Made by a program: the position numbers and the translations under genes. A stretch of DNA of 64,000 nt from the human T2T-CHM13v2.0 reference genome, Homo sapiens: the NCBI RefSeq assembly GCF_009914755.1, contig NC_060937.1. One strand, written 5' to 3'. Of this stretch, positions 1-17,105 are shown one piece after another. Every line of letters begins with the position of its first letter. Positions within the stretch are counted from its first letter, which is position 1. The notes below the pieces were generated by a model. It did no database searches. It saw only the letters and a program-made list of their open reading frames with translations, and was not told the DNA's origin.

Positions 1-347
1 TTGGTCTCAAATCACTTTTTTTGGTTACTGTGTATCATACATTACACCGAACCACATGGAATTGCTGAGAATGTACCATTTTTACCCACGAAATGGCAAC
101 TTCGGATGATTGTGTCTAATATTTACAGTCTGGCTAGAAAAACTATACCTAGACGGTTTCAACATATTTCATCACGTTTCTAACTACACTTGGTTAGGAA
201 AGAATTTACATCTAGTGAACCTCGTGTGCACCCGTGTATTTGATACACATCCTGACTTTAAATATAAATATACCAAAACGTGCTTTGCACAATGGAAGTG
301 TTTGGTAAATACTAAATTTAAAAGAAGATAATTCAAATAATATAAAG

Positions 348-576
348 TAATGGTCCTCAACCAAGGGCAAATTTGCCTCCCAAGAGACACCTGGCAACAT
401 CCAGAGACATTACTGATTGTCACAACTTGGGGCGGGGGATAGGGAGGGTGCTACTGGCATCTAGTGGGCAGACGCTAAGGATATTGTAGACATTCCACCA
501 TGCACAGGACAGTCAGCCTCTCACAGCAAAGACTGAACCAGTCCAAAATGGCAGAAGTACCCAGGTTGAGGAACTG
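348..576 (+). mobile_element. MER20 hAT-Charlie DNA transposon, near full length
   Basis: tggtcctcaacc...gtcacaacttgggg...gctactggcatctagtggg...ggttgaggaac follows the recalled MER20 consensus end to end. Confidence 0.85.
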
Positions 577-992
577 ATCTAGGGATTTAAGAGTCTGGAC
601 ATAAAAACGTGTCACAGTTTATGACTTTCAGTTCCTATGCAACTATGCTCTCATTTCAACATGGCTAACAAGGAAATTGTCACATACCAGATTATCCATA
701 TTTTCTGGCCTTGTCTTAAAAAAAAAAAAATCACTGTCATGTGACTCTGTACCTCCTCAAATGTTAGGAATTAGGCAATAATATTCATTAAGAGCTTTTG
801 AATATTTTCTTTGTACCACCAGCTATGAGACAAAAAGACTGTTTGTTTTCCATCTGATCTCTGGAGGAGATCCACTAGAAGAGGGATGTTGGAGAAACTG
901 TAGGGCAAAGCAACCAGTTCCATCACTATCTGGTAACAGACAGCTTAACTACCCAGTCACTCGAAGGGCACTTGAAGGAACCATTATCATTT

Positions 993-1170
993 AAGATTTA
1001 TTTTCGCTGTAGGCAACAGAAATTGGCTCAGGCTAACTTATATTAAAAGGGATGTACTGGAAAGATAATGGGCAGCTCACAGAATGGAAGGTCAAGATGA
1101 ACAACCAACACTAAAGGAACGTAGGATCCAGGAATGACTTTGTGTAATAATATGAATTCAGCTAGGAACT
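993..1170 (-). mobile_element. Old MaLR (MLT1-type) LTR fragment
   Basis: gcaacagaaattggctcaggctaactta...aaagggatgtactgg resembles the reverse of an MLT1 3' end. Confidence 0.4.
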
Positions 1171-2263
1171 CATAGATAGCTTCTTTTGGGGCAATCCTGT
1201 TCTAGAATGATTCATTTAACAGCCATTCACAACTATTCAAAGCCAGCCAAGAAAATGAATATCAGATCTATCTAAGCTTCCAAATCACATATTGTATGGT
1301 GTTGCATACACCTGTAAATGTCAAAAATTTAACATTTAAAGTTGTTGAAACATCATGCACTACGATGCCTTTGCCAAGATACCAAATTTGCAAACAGCCA
1401 AGAAAAAAGAAAATATTCTGATAGTACCATTTTGTCCAAGACAACTAGAGCTCTTATAGTAAGTAATACAACTCAAGGAAGATAGAGGCAGTTAACCATG
1501 AGCAATCTGGCTCTGAAAGTTAAAGTCTAATTGTATGAAAGATTCCAAAACCTTGTGTGAGAGTTGTTACATGATCATCTAATTATGTTATGTTTGTATC
1601 TTAATGAAAGTTTAAAATATGTTAAATATGATATCTTTTTGATGTACTTTTCAGGAGCATAATTGAGGATTTCTTTCCAATATTTTCAATAAATATTATG
1701 AAATACATCTGCTACCATCATGCTGGGAAAATCTTTTTACCCATACCTTCAGCCAAGCTGAGGAAGTAATTAGAAAGGCTTTTCAAAATCTGCATTGCTG
1801 ATTAGGTCAGATGATTAGCTTATCTGCATACTTGCATAATTCCACTCTATTTTTATTAAATGTAGAATAGGGACATCAACCCTAGTTAACCTCCATCAGT
1901 CTTTGAGCATCTCAGCCCATTTAGGAAGGACTGATTCTCTGGCATGCCCATTTAAAGACCAAAGAAAGTTATCTGGACACCAGAAACAAAAAAATATCAG
2001 CCTCTGTAAGTAAGAGAACAGGAGATGATCTATAAACACCTGAAAAAAATTTACACTTAAGATTTTATTGCTCTTTAATGAAAAAGGGATCAGACAGTTT
2101 TGGGTAACCCAGCTCACTGCTGGTAGAGGTGTCATTCCTCGGAGTTGGAGGTGTTCTGGAATCCTACGTGAGTTTCATTCCATGTGTCAAAATCCTGGGG
2201 AGAAAATTTCAGAACCCAACACCTGAAGTTGAACTGATATACTCTGATTTTCAAATACTCTCC

Positions 2264-3115
<852 letters not shown>

Positions 3116-3201
3116 CCAGGTTATTCTCCCAGCTCCTTCTAGAGATTTCCTAGCAATGATGGAGATGAACTACAACTACAATTACAGTCAGCCTACAACA
3201 A

Positions 3202-3599
3202 TATTAAATTGAATTAAGTTTGGCCTAAAGCTGCCTCTATACATGTTTTAAGTTTGGCCTAAAGTTTCTTCTGTACATAGTGAACTGTAACCTAACTTGA
3301 CGTGGAAACAGACCGTAACCTCCTCTTGCAACAAGTAGCTGAGTTTCGGTCAATCAAAGATGGCCAACTGTTGAAACCAGATTCAATTAAGGCATATGCT
3401 GCATTTTAACCAACGGAGCTGTCTCTGTACCTCACTTCCATTTTCTGCATGTCACCTCCTTTTCTTTGGCTATAAATATAATCTGCATATGCCGTAGGGT
3501 GAAGCATTCTGAACATTTTTGGTCTAGACTGTTGTCTGATTCTGGAATCAAATTAAAGCCAATTAAGATGTGCAAAATTAGATTTGTTTACTTTTAACA
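3202..3599 (+). mobile_element. MER57 (ERV1) solo LTR
   Basis: aagtttggcctaaagctgcctc...gtacatagtgaactgtaacctaac...gtacctcacttcc. Termini tattaaa...tttaaca, with flanks acaa/acat resembling a 4-bp TSD. Confidence 0.85.
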
Positions 3600-3805
3600 A
3601 CATTCTTCTTTATTCTCCTCCCAAGAACCAACCTTGTTTTAGTGACATAAAAGCTACCTACTGCATTCTGCATCATTTACTTTTCAATTCAAAATATTCA
3701 AATGTATTTACAGGTGTTTTGGCTTTTGCAGTATCTTCTTTGATCCTTCAGTATTGTGCAGCTAAGGTTCTTCTTGGGCCCTAAGGGGCCATTTAGTTAT
3801 GATGA

Positions 3806-4018
<213 letters not shown>

Positions 4019-4834
4019 TGATAGGATGCTCATATGGGTGGGTTCTCACTGGTGTATGGTCACCCAAAGGTATATTTCATGTTTTTTCTCTTCAGCTCAC
4101 ATGAGACATTTAAACTTTGCTTGTTTCCTCCCCTCATGTAATAGTAGACTGACACAGATGCAGGGGACACTAATTCATTCTCACCTCCCCTCACCCCAGC
4201 CTGCCTGCTGTCTAAAGACCAAACACTCTTCTAACTTCTGTTGAAGTAAACTTGCCTATGCACCCACTCTTAAGGAAAAGGACATTCTTCTATTTCTATA
4301 GGTTGCAATATTAAATGTGTACGACACAACAATCTAAGAACATATATGAAAACTTACAGACTAACATTTCCTAACAGGAATGAATCCCAGAAGCAGATAC
4401 TGAATCCCTTCACCTCCACGCGCCAGGGCTGGAGAGGAGAGGGCCATACACAGATGGAAGGTGTGAGGTGGCTGCCCAGGCAGGCGCCACAGGGCTGATG
4501 GACCTCTTTTCTCCCTCTTTTAGCTACGGACAGGCTCCCTGCTATCTGCAGGTGCCCTAATTGTTCGCCCTGCCAAGGCTGAAACATGTCCCAGTTAGAG
4601 AAACCCCGGCTTCCAGGAGAGCTGCTGGTTTATTCTAGAAAGGAGGGCAGAGGGGGAGTGCAGGAACAAAGGGAAAAATGAATGTTTGGGGAGGAATGTT
4701 TGGGAAAATTCATAGTATCAGTAGGTAGAAGAATCCTCCTCCAACACATTCTATGCAGAAATTGTTCCAGAAAAGGAGGGTCAGGAAGCTTCTTTAGGAT
4801 AAAAACATGGCTCTGGCTTCAGGGAACATGGGAT

Positions 4835-4990
4835 GACTTCTGGCCCTGTCATTTGCAACATCTGACCTTGGGCAATGATTTTGCACCGGGAATCTTCAGT
4901 TTCTTCTCCTGCTACTGCTGCTCTAAGGAGTAAAGAAGATAATACATGCAAAGCACTTAGTCCTGGCCTGGCTCTTAGTAGTCAATCATC
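4835..4990 (+). mobile_element. MIR
   Basis: tgaccttgggcaa...cttcagtttcttc...gataatacatgcaaagcacttag. Confidence 0.65.
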
Positions 4991-5182
4991 ATTCCATTTT
5001 ACCCTGACAGTAAATTTACTGCTTCTTCACTCATTCCCTTCTATAACACTCCTTCTAAATCTCTCACCATCTCCTGGACTATTCAAATTAGGCAGTTTTC
5101 TTTTCACGTGTACCTAAACTGAAAATACCATTACAGAGGCAGAACACATATTGGATAATATATAAAACTACTACTTATTTAC

Positions 5183-5830
5183 ATCATTTATGTATTTAGT
5201 CAACAGATATTTATTGAACACCTACGAGGTAGCAAGCAGTCTTCTGGCTGGAGAAAGAAGAGTGAAAAAGAGTGAACAGATTAAAATTCCTGCTCTCATG
5301 CTGCAGAGATACAGATCATTAACAAAAAAGAAAAATATATACTACGTCAGATAGTAAGTGCCATATAGAAAAATGAAGCAGGGAAAGCAGATGGGGTTGC
5401 ATAGTGGCAGTGGACAATTTTTGAGATGGTGGCCAGGAAAGGCCACATGGAGAAGAAGATACTTCAGCAAGGACTTGAAGGAATTGAGTAAGAGAAGCTT
5501 GCAGGTGAGGGTTTTTGGGTTTTGTTTGTAGGGTGAGGGGCATTCCAGGCAGAGAAGATAACAGGTGCACAGGTGATAAAGTAGGAATGTGTTTCATGTG
5601 CCTGAGGACCTGCAAGGAAGCTGTGGCTGGAACCAATACAGGGAACTGGATGAGGACAGAGAGAGGAGGCAGAGGAGGGCATGCAGAGTACAGAGGGCCT
5701 TGGAGGGTGACATAGGCTTTTGAATTTTGCTCTGGGTGAGAAGGGAAGCCATTGGAGGGTACTGAGCAGAAGGATGACATGATACAAAATTTTATCATTT
5801 GATAAGGATCCCTCTGGCTATCTCTGCCTG
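5183..5830 (-). mobile_element. L2 3' portion
   Basis: tcaacagatatttattgaacacctac (reverse L2 tail), gggaagccattggagggtactgagcag, aggatccctctggct. Confidence 0.8.
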
Positions 5831-6464
5831 GAGCATAGTGGGGGATTCAGCTGGAGCCACACACACAGGAATCATCTATGACATTAACATTCCCTAAAAA
5901 CAACACTAGCTTTTTTTCTCCTTGGTCACCTCCTGCTGGCTGCACACAGAGTCAGTTAAAACTCAGGACTTGGTTACATCAAGGTCTATGTGGCACGTCC
6001 TTCCTAATATATTTGTACAAGTGATATTCTGACTTCATTTGGTTTCAGAATATCAGTTGTTCAAACAGACTATTTTCCTAGCACATCAAGACAGATAGTG
6101 AGAGAAACATTCATGAGTAAATAAAGCTTGACTCAAAGGACGGTGAACTCCAAGATTAGAAATAGCTCTCCAGGGTCCTGTTTTGTTTACTAATGTTTCG
6201 ACAATGCCTTGTTTCTTGTTTCCTTTACTTTTGCTAATGCTAATGCCTCTACAGAGCAGCAACTGTGATGGCCATAACCCCAGATGACTATTTAAAAGTT
6301 CAATCAGTTATGTAAATCTTGGGATGTTGGTACTGTGTAGATATAATATGCAATTTACTCATTTTTCCCCCAATTTTTGTCTGTTCACTTGACAGTGTAA
6401 TGGCTTCTGCTACCATTATATTAAAAAATAACCTCATAATGTTCTTATAATTCCCTAGTGCAAG

Positions 6465-7330
6465 GTCCACTTCTCAGTTGTAACGCTGTTGGACCTCTCT
6501 ACAGTTTTCAAGACTGTTGGTTATTCCTTTTCACTTTCATTTCTGGCTTCTTCTTAAAACTTTCTTCTCCCTTGGCCTCGGGGATAGGCAAATTAAGCCC
6601 TGTGGGCCCTGCCACCTGTCTCTGTAATTAAAGTTTTATTCAGCCATGGTCATTTACTTCATATCTGGCATCTTTAGTGCTACAAAACAGGATTGAGTCG
6701 TTGTCACAGAAACTGTAGGTCTGGTTATAAAATACTATCTGGCTTTAGAAAAAGTATTTGCTGACTGAAATACATTATTCTCTTGGGCCTTTGTCTCTCT
6801 CTGGTTATCTATCCTTCTAACTTCTTCATCTCCTTTCTGTATACCCCTAAGTGTTAGTTGCTGCCCTAGGTTTCGCTACCTATTCTTTTCTGTCTGCCTC
6901 TTTATTGGTGAGCTTCTCAGCAATTCCAAAGAATTCCATAATTTCCCCAATTTCAATTGCTATCTCAGAAGGGATGAATACCAAATCAACATTCTCAGCT
7001 CTGACCTCTCCCCTAAACACCAGTCTCATTTCCAGCATCCTACTGACTAGTATTCCTCAAAAATCATTTCAAACACAAGTCCTATTCTTTCTCCTGGTTT
7101 CTGAGTTTCAGCTGAGAGATCCTTTTCCCAGTGACCCACGTTCCAAACTTTGATTCATTTCATTTGTGCCCCTCATTAAATCGGATGCTAAGTGCTCTTG
7201 CTTTTACCCAATGATTATTTTCTTTTCCCACTGCTTTTCATCGACTTCCTTGAAGTCCTATTGTACAAATTGTCCCATGGAGCATTTCTCTGGTAACTGA
7301 ATGTATGCAGGGCTTTCCTTAAGACATTCC
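6465..7330 (+). mobile_element. Degraded L2, interrupted by MER58
   Basis: Pyrimidine-rich L2-like text (ctcagctctgacctctcccc...tccagcatcctactgac). Confidence 0.55.
6581..6767. mobile_element. MER58 hAT-Charlie MITE
   Basis: ggcaaatta...ccacctgtctctgtaattaaagttttatt...gagtcgttgtcacagaaactgta...tttgctgac. Confidence 0.7.
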
Positions 7331-8121
7331 TTACTTAGAAATCCTTGACTTTTTCCCACTGTCTACCGAATATGGTTCAGCAGCCCTCCGCATCCTACAA
7401 CTCATTTTCCACTGGGAGCAATGATGAGTCTTATCCCCGAAGCCCCTGAATCCAGCTTTATCTAGCCATTTCCTTCCATTTCACAATTCTGCCACCACAA
7501 TCTACCCTTCCTACAGAATAATACCTTCATGACCCTTCTTTTCCTTCTCTAACTACATGCATCTCTCCTTTTTAAAGAATACCTATACTTTGTATTTATA
7601 TATTTTCATGGCATTTTTGCACTTTCCATTTTGAATTATAGTTAGGCATACACTTATTTTGTTTCTCCAATTATCCTGTTTACTCCTTGAGAGGGGAGAC
7701 CACGTCAATTATACTCCCTTGTACACAGTAAAATGTAAAGTTTAATGCAGATCTCTACTGAAAATGATCACAGTAATTCCCAGCTGATGAGAGATTCTGC
7801 AATATAATGATGCAAGTGTCTAGCTCACATTTCATTTAAAAAATTACATTCTGACTTACATTCTAATATTAACATTTGTGAGAGAAAAGTCACAATCATT
7901 AAATTTCTATTATTCTCTGAAGTCTTAGATTATATTTTTGGTTTGGGATGACATGGGAATGAAAACGTTCATAATTTTTATTCACTTTTCAGCTAAATTC
8001 CATTTAATGGGCTTTCCTTTCAGGAAATCATTTTAAACACTACCAAATACCTCTCATTTCTATCACATGAATTACCGCTTGGAAACTAAAATGAAGGAAT
8101 TTCATCCTTCATCCTAGTTTA

Positions 8122-8262
8122 GGCTGGGTGTGGTGGCTCATGCCTGTAATTCCACCACTTTGGGAGGCCCAGGCTAGAGGATCATTTGAGCCTAGGAATT
8201 CAAGACCAGACTGGATTACTAAGTGAGACTCCATCTCTATTAAAAAATAATAATAAAATATA
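8122..8262 (+). mobile_element. FLAM / free left Alu monomer
   Basis: Left-arm-only Alu with J-like diagnostics and A-rich tail. Confidence 0.85.
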
Positions 8263-9309
8263 ACTTAAAAATTCATGTTTTTTTGAAGTCACAACAGCTA
8301 CTAGAGTTTCATTTTTCTAAAGAATCATGACTAAGACTACTTTTCTTGTTTATAAAAAGAAAATGAATAGAGATTTACAATTGTCTTGTTTCCTGAAAGT
8401 ACGTCTTAGAGCATAAAAGGCTTTTGTGATTTCTAAAAGTTCATAAAATTTTCCATTAATAAGTAGGTTTTTCCACTGTGTGTGCTTCCACTAACTCTAG
8501 AGCTGGCCAAGAGCCCTGAACTCTAGGAGCCCTCTGAGATATCACCACACCACTATTCCCCATAACCTTTGCCTTTTGTTCATTCATTATAACTGCTCCA
8601 AACCAAGCCAATCAGCTCAAACCGATTTATTCAAAACTGAAACTACTATAGGCAGAGATGTAAAATAATAATAAAGTGATTTTGTGGTACACACATATGG
8701 AGAACAATGAGATCACCAAACTCATTTTCATCTGCAATGTACAGAGAAGGTTTTAGGCATTAATCCATGGCCATTTTATTCACTTTTCTTATTTCCCTTA
8801 GTTGGTCTGTTGCCCCTATCTGTGTTTTCTAGTTTGTGTACTGAGTAAAATGGAATCTTTTAAGGCAGATTAAAATCTGTTATAATAATTTTAAGTATCA
8901 CCAAATCACAGCCCTAGTCTTAGGTACTTTAAATGTAAGAAATACTTAAAAAAAAAAAAGAGCAAAAAATCCACCTCGAACTTAAGTCTGCTTTTATATC
9001 AACTATGCTATATACAGCTAGATGGTATGTAAATGATTTACCACAGAAGGGTTCTCTGCTAGTTTCAAAGTTGAAAAGTTAAAAAAGCAAGGGGTGGGCG
9101 GAGGCATGCAGAACTATTGTGCCACATAGAGAATCAGTGTTGCTGTCTTCCTCCAATTAGTATGCTCTCCGTGCCTCATTTTAGAATATATTTAAACCTG
9201 CAAGGTTAAAGATAAGTCTTGATACATAATCATGATTGAATTCCTTTTAGAAGCAGAGTAGACGTTCTTGAAGATATGGTCTAAGACTATCAAAAATCCT
9301 CAAAATTGA

Positions 9310-9801
<492 letters not shown>

Positions 9802-10437
9802 TAAAAAAAAAAACCCTATCAAAGTTTTCTTTCTCATTTGATCGGTTGATAAACACGTATACACAGAGAACATTTCCACCCACACTTCACAAGAGTTACT
9901 GTGCGGGCCACAGGCAGAGAACACAAAGTGCCATTGAGATGAGCCCCGTAGTTGTGCAGTCTCACTCATAAACTGACCCCCGGTGCATAGGATTCTAACT
10001 TGGAACTTAAATATAAGCGCTATATAACAGACTTCTGGGACACTGGAAAGCAGATATCTTAGATGTTGTATCTGTGAATGTCAGGGTCTCCTCTGCTAAA
10101 ATCATGAAATATAATTTTTCTTTTTGAGAACAAAATTAAGTGCTGACTCTTCACTTCCCCAGTGCATTCCTCAGGATTGTCCCATCCTATGGTGAATGCT
10201 GTCACTATTCAAAAATGACTGGGAATATCTTCGAGCCAAAAGAACAGTATTACTGTATTTTTTTTCCTGTGTTTCAATCTTGGTTGAAGGACGTATTTGT
10301 TCATGTCCTCATCTTATACCAACTCCGAAGAGAAAAATTTACTCTGTAAAATTGGATGAAAGGTCTTTTCCACATTAATTCTGTTTGGTATGCTTTTATA
10401 AGAAAGAACAATTCCATTAGTCCGCATCAATCTATTA

Positions 10438-10753
<316 letters not shown>

Positions 10754-11584
10754 ACAATAGAAATATGCATTCTCTGTGTTTTGGAGTTTGTTAAAGAGAT
10801 TTCCATATTTTGTAACAGTGCCCCCCTTCTCCTGCCCCTGTTATGATAAATTGGCTAGTCTCTGTGAAGGCTGGTGAGGTTTCCACGAACTAGAATGGTA
10901 TGACTTCCTTGGGCTTCAGGTATGGCCACTGCATTGGAGTTTGTTTGGTCAGACCACTTCCTGAGCCCAGGAACTCAAGGCTCTGGCTTGTTTAGGGAGG
11001 TGGCAGTGGCAGTATCTCCGGAAATGACTCTTGAAGAACAAGATCAAAGTTAAAATTCTGTCTCGAGACAGTCCAGGTGCAGCAAGTGAGAACACTGCTA
11101 TAGTATACACTATAACACCAAGAGAGCATAGGAGGTACACACTAGTCTTCTCTGCTTTCCCAACTTTAAACTGGGCTTACACTAACTTCTTTAGAAAGCC
11201 CATTTTGGTTTTGTGAAAAGAGACATTTTCTAAAGAAGATAAGAGCTATGACAGAGGATGAGGTCTTGGCCTTTGCCAGGCAAATTTCTGATAAATTGCA
11301 TGGTGCTTGAGGTTGCTGTGTGTAGTTGTTTAATAAATAGAAAGGTTGGATACTGTCTTTTGTAATATAAGGAAAACAGATTTTCTACTGAAAAAAAACA
11401 GAGAAATTCATACCGCTCTAATAATATGTATTCTAAACATCATCTGGCCTTGATTTCCTTGACCAAAGATGCCAGGTTACCTCCACTCTAAGCACCTGCT
11501 GTCCCTGAGGCTAGCTGAGATCTGAGATCCAGGGTGTCTCATTACACCCCAACCAAACCCATCTGCTAATAAGAGAGTAGCTAA

Positions 11585-11946
<362 letters not shown>

Positions 11947-12254
11947 CTTCAGCATTTTTATTTATCTCATTTCTGAAAGGAGAACTCCCTAAATCTTGAA
12001 AATCATTTCTTCCCACTGTTTCTCACATCCAACTATTCTTCATATAAAAGAAAATATAAACAACCATTTAACATAGGGTCTAGTACTTGCTCCCTCATTA
12101 ACTCGCTTATAAACTTGTTACTTACAGATTTTCTTTCATGTCAAGTCATTTCTTAGTTAAGAAATTCCAGGCTTACATAAAATGGCTATTTATTTTCCCA
12201 AAAGATTCAAAATATCTAAACATTTCGTGGTATTTCTTTTAGATCATTAAGTTA

Positions 12255-13165
<911 letters not shown>

Positions 13166-13220
13166 GCTGTAACTATCCAAAGAACACTCCCACCTTCCCC
13201 ATTTATCATTTGGTCCAGAA

Positions 13221-13537
<317 letters not shown>

Positions 13538-13659
13538 CATCCAGAATTTTGGTGCATGTTTTACTATCAAGAGTTAATTAAAAGTTATCTTCATGCATAT
13601 ATTTATCTACATTTTTCAAACCAGTTCTAAGCTCTCCTTTCCTTTTGGGTTTTTCTGTT

Positions 13660-14110
13660 TGCAAAGGTATATTCTTTATGAGTCTTATCAGCATAAGACT
13701 CATATGTGTGGGCACTAAGCTCTCAGTCAATGTATGTCTGAATTTTGTTTTTTTTTAATTTCACTCTTAATGGAATTTTATTTCAGCCCAGTACAGAATT
13801 TCAGGATCTTTCAGCCCTTTGAGGAGCCTATTGCATTGCTTTCTGGCATCTGTTGGTGCCCAAAGTCTTTTCATTCTTAAATTCCTTTGCAGACAAGCTT
13901 TTAAGATTTTGTTTAGGGAACTCATGCTTGACAATTTCACTGTACTATATCTAGATGTGAGTTGATTTTTACTGAGTTTGTCTAAAATCTAAGATTCATA
14001 ATCTCCCTTAATTTTTCCAAATTCCAAGACATCTCTCTGAAAGTTGCGTTCTATCTATTCTGATAAATGTCATTTTAGATATACGTCTTTTAGATATAAT
14101 GTCTCTTAAC
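13660..14110 (-). mobile_element. Old L1M fragment
   Basis: ctattgcattgctttctggcatct and acaatttcactgtactatatctagatgtg resemble reverse L1 ORF1 text. Confidence 0.4.
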
Positions 14111-14189
14111 TTTTCTTTCATGTTTTTGTCAGCTTTTCTACTTGTGCCAGAACAAGAACCTGGGCATTATCCTAGATTTATCTTTTCCT

Positions 14190-14885
14190 TTATCCTTGAC
14201 ATCCAGCTGGCCAACAAATTCTATCACATTTCCATTCACACCACCCTGCTCAGGCTCTCAGGAATTCTCACGTGGCTTCCTGAAATAGTCTCCCTCCCTG
14301 TATTTTCAATACATTCAACCCTTCATGCCCAAAACTTTAATGTTACCATGTTAAATCCCATCTACTTCCAAGTTTCCTATGCTTCCCTGTAGAGTTCAGT
14401 AAATAAATCGTTAGCTTGGCACAGAAGGTCTGTGATAACTACATACATGAATACTGCCCTTAAGCTTCATTTCCGCTTCTTTTAAGTACTTTTCATTTGA
14501 ACAATACCAACTTATCTACTTGTCGAATCTATCTACCAGGATACAGTATGCCCTTTTGTATTTCCAAGAGTGCATTTTTTAAAAACTGCCCTTCCTTTCC
14601 TCCATTGTTACACAGAGAATGTAACTAATACTTTCTTCTGAGAAACAGCCTTCTCCTGAAGTGATAGCCACACCTCACCGCCACCCAACACCACCACCGA
14701 GTATACTGCCCCTCTTCCTTTGCAATCCACCTCTGTGAGCCTGGGTTCACTGGATTACAGAGCTTGTCTCACTGTGGCTTTTTTGTCTGCTTTATCCATT
14801 TGACTGTGAGTGTATTGTGGGTACTGTACGTTGTGCATGTGGTTAAATCATGAATGTGTATTAATCACATGAATAAGTGAATAGA
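14190..14885 (+). mobile_element. Degraded L2 3' region
   Basis: L2-like pyrimidine-rich segments ending in gaataagtgaat. Confidence 0.45.
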
Positions 14886-16674
14886 AAGAAATACACTGCA
14901 CAATTCCCGGGTAAAGCAAAAGGCTGAAAAATTGGAGATTAAAATTTAAAAAAGAAATCTTAATTTTTGAATCTGGCAGGCCAAATTTTATTTAGTTTTG
15001 ACAGATGAGTCAGAGAGCAACAAACAAAATAAATCAGTACTGTAATCAACATATCTGTTTAAATAATAAGGATATTTTTCTCAGATGTTACAAGATAGAG
15101 GATAAAATTCAAGAGTTTTATAACAAGTCAACTAGTTTCATTTGGTTTATAAAGTTCTAGGTGGTATCATTTTTTAATAAAAATATATACATGTCCACAT
15201 ATATCTGTCTCTGTATATGTGCATTTACATTTATACATAGATGCATAAATAAGGTCTAGTACCAAGTTCTTCTCTGAGCATATTCTAATATGCCCGGGTA
15301 TCAGATGGACACTGCATTCTGAAACTTACAAATATGCAAGGCCTCTGCAAATTCTGACTGCCTGAACAATAACAACTGGCTGAATTACTGACTGAATAGT
15401 AATAATATGGCTGAGCTCCCCAGTATCTTTTCTGGAATAAGGTATGGAATGAATAAATAATGCTAAAAAAGTCTGTGGTGGCTTACTCTTGCTATTAAGG
15501 ATGATTGCATTCTCAACGTTCTTCATAATTATAAATATAGAACACAATACTGAAAAATAGTTATAAACCATTCAGTGGCTTATTTAGACTTGTAAATGGA
15601 CAAAACTGTAATCCTCTGTTTATATCAGATCACACAAAATTATATAGTTAAAACTAGTGTAAATTATGATTGAAAGGAGGTTTAAGTATGAAGGACTTAT
15701 CATGGTGACTATTAAAGTAATCACAATTGGCCAAGACAGGCAAGAAATGTGCTTGTTAATAGTTGCATTAGTTGCAAGGTGGATAATGAGATAATAAAAC
15801 ACATAATTGGAGGTTATACTATCTTGATTACTGTAGATTATACCAATGGGCACAATAATGCCACTAAGCAGTGCATCACCAGTGAGCACTCATTTGTTAG
15901 ATGATAAATGGGTAATGATCTACTATAACCATAACTTCCAGAACGTGACAGAAAATACTTCCTATGACATATCATGATACCAACACATTTTGGACAGCAG
16001 GCAAGATCTTTCACTCTTTGATAAACTTAATAAATAATAGAGAACTACAAAAACAGAAAAGATACTATATGGCTCTGAAAAGACACTGAAACAAAAACTG
16101 GAAAATGCCAGATTTTACTATGAAGCTATTCTCCATAACCAAACACACACTTTATTGAATTCATTTTCCAATTTTGAAGAAGGCATTTCTGAACATCTGC
16201 TATATAAGCTTGGATAATTCTAAAACTGTAATGTTATAATGATTATTAGCTATTGGCTAGTGCTCAGAATTTTATTGAACTCATTAATCTAAGAAAAATA
16301 AATATAATTATAACAGTAATAATAAATGTTGGCCGTGTCTTTATTTTTGTAGTTTCCCCTTGTGTCTTCCAGAAAATTACTACTACCACAACGAGGCAAG
16401 ATAGAACAGGCGTGTCTGTGTTGTATATGTCTTTCTAACCAATTCCCTGCTCAAAAGAGCTCTAGGCAGGGGCCAGATATGTCTAAAAATGACATGGATG
16501 TCGATCTCTGAAACGCAGTGAACCACACTTTGACTAAATTTCCCTGCACCTAGAAATGTTAACCTACAGCTTAAGGCTGTTGTTTTTCAGGCTGCAGGAT
16601 GCTAAAGAAATGAAAATACATGATACAGTACTATAATATCAATATTTAGCAACATGGAATTACCTCACGCAATT

Positions 16675-16678
<4 letters not shown>

Positions 16679-16716
<38 letters not shown>
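16679..16716. repeat. (CA)19 microsatellite
   Basis: Uninterrupted CA run. Confidence 0.98.
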
Positions 16717-16718
<2 letters not shown>

Positions 16719-16894
16719 CGTACTTATTTTACATACAGAATAGATTTCATATATAATAAATTTTAATCCTTGTCAAAAAACTGAATGATTTAAAAACATA
16801 ATGCCACCTAATTTGAGGAATTATGGAATTGGATATTTAAAACTGACACATTCTCTAGATAATTAAGGCATACTTTTTAAAGCATCAAGCCTAA

Positions 16895-17105
16895 GTACAG
16901 CAAAATGGCTATGGAGTATTTAGAAATTCTGACTTAATTCAAGGCTCTACCACTCTTAAGCTGTGCCCTTATAAGTGGTACAGAAAGTGATATGAGTCTT
17001 AGTTTTCTCATTGCAAAACACTGACAATAATATCTACATGTTGGTTATTGTCAGGCTTAAAGATAACATATGTAAAGCAGAAAGAACATATAAGCACTCT
17101 ATAAA
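16895..17105 (+). mobile_element. MIR
   Basis: aggctctaccactcttaagctgtgcc...tcttagttttctcatt...gataacatatgtaaagc. Confidence 0.6.

Noticed and set aside
5319-5798. 159-aa ORF, also 25736-26176
   Set aside because: Chance ORFs inside degraded L2 elements.
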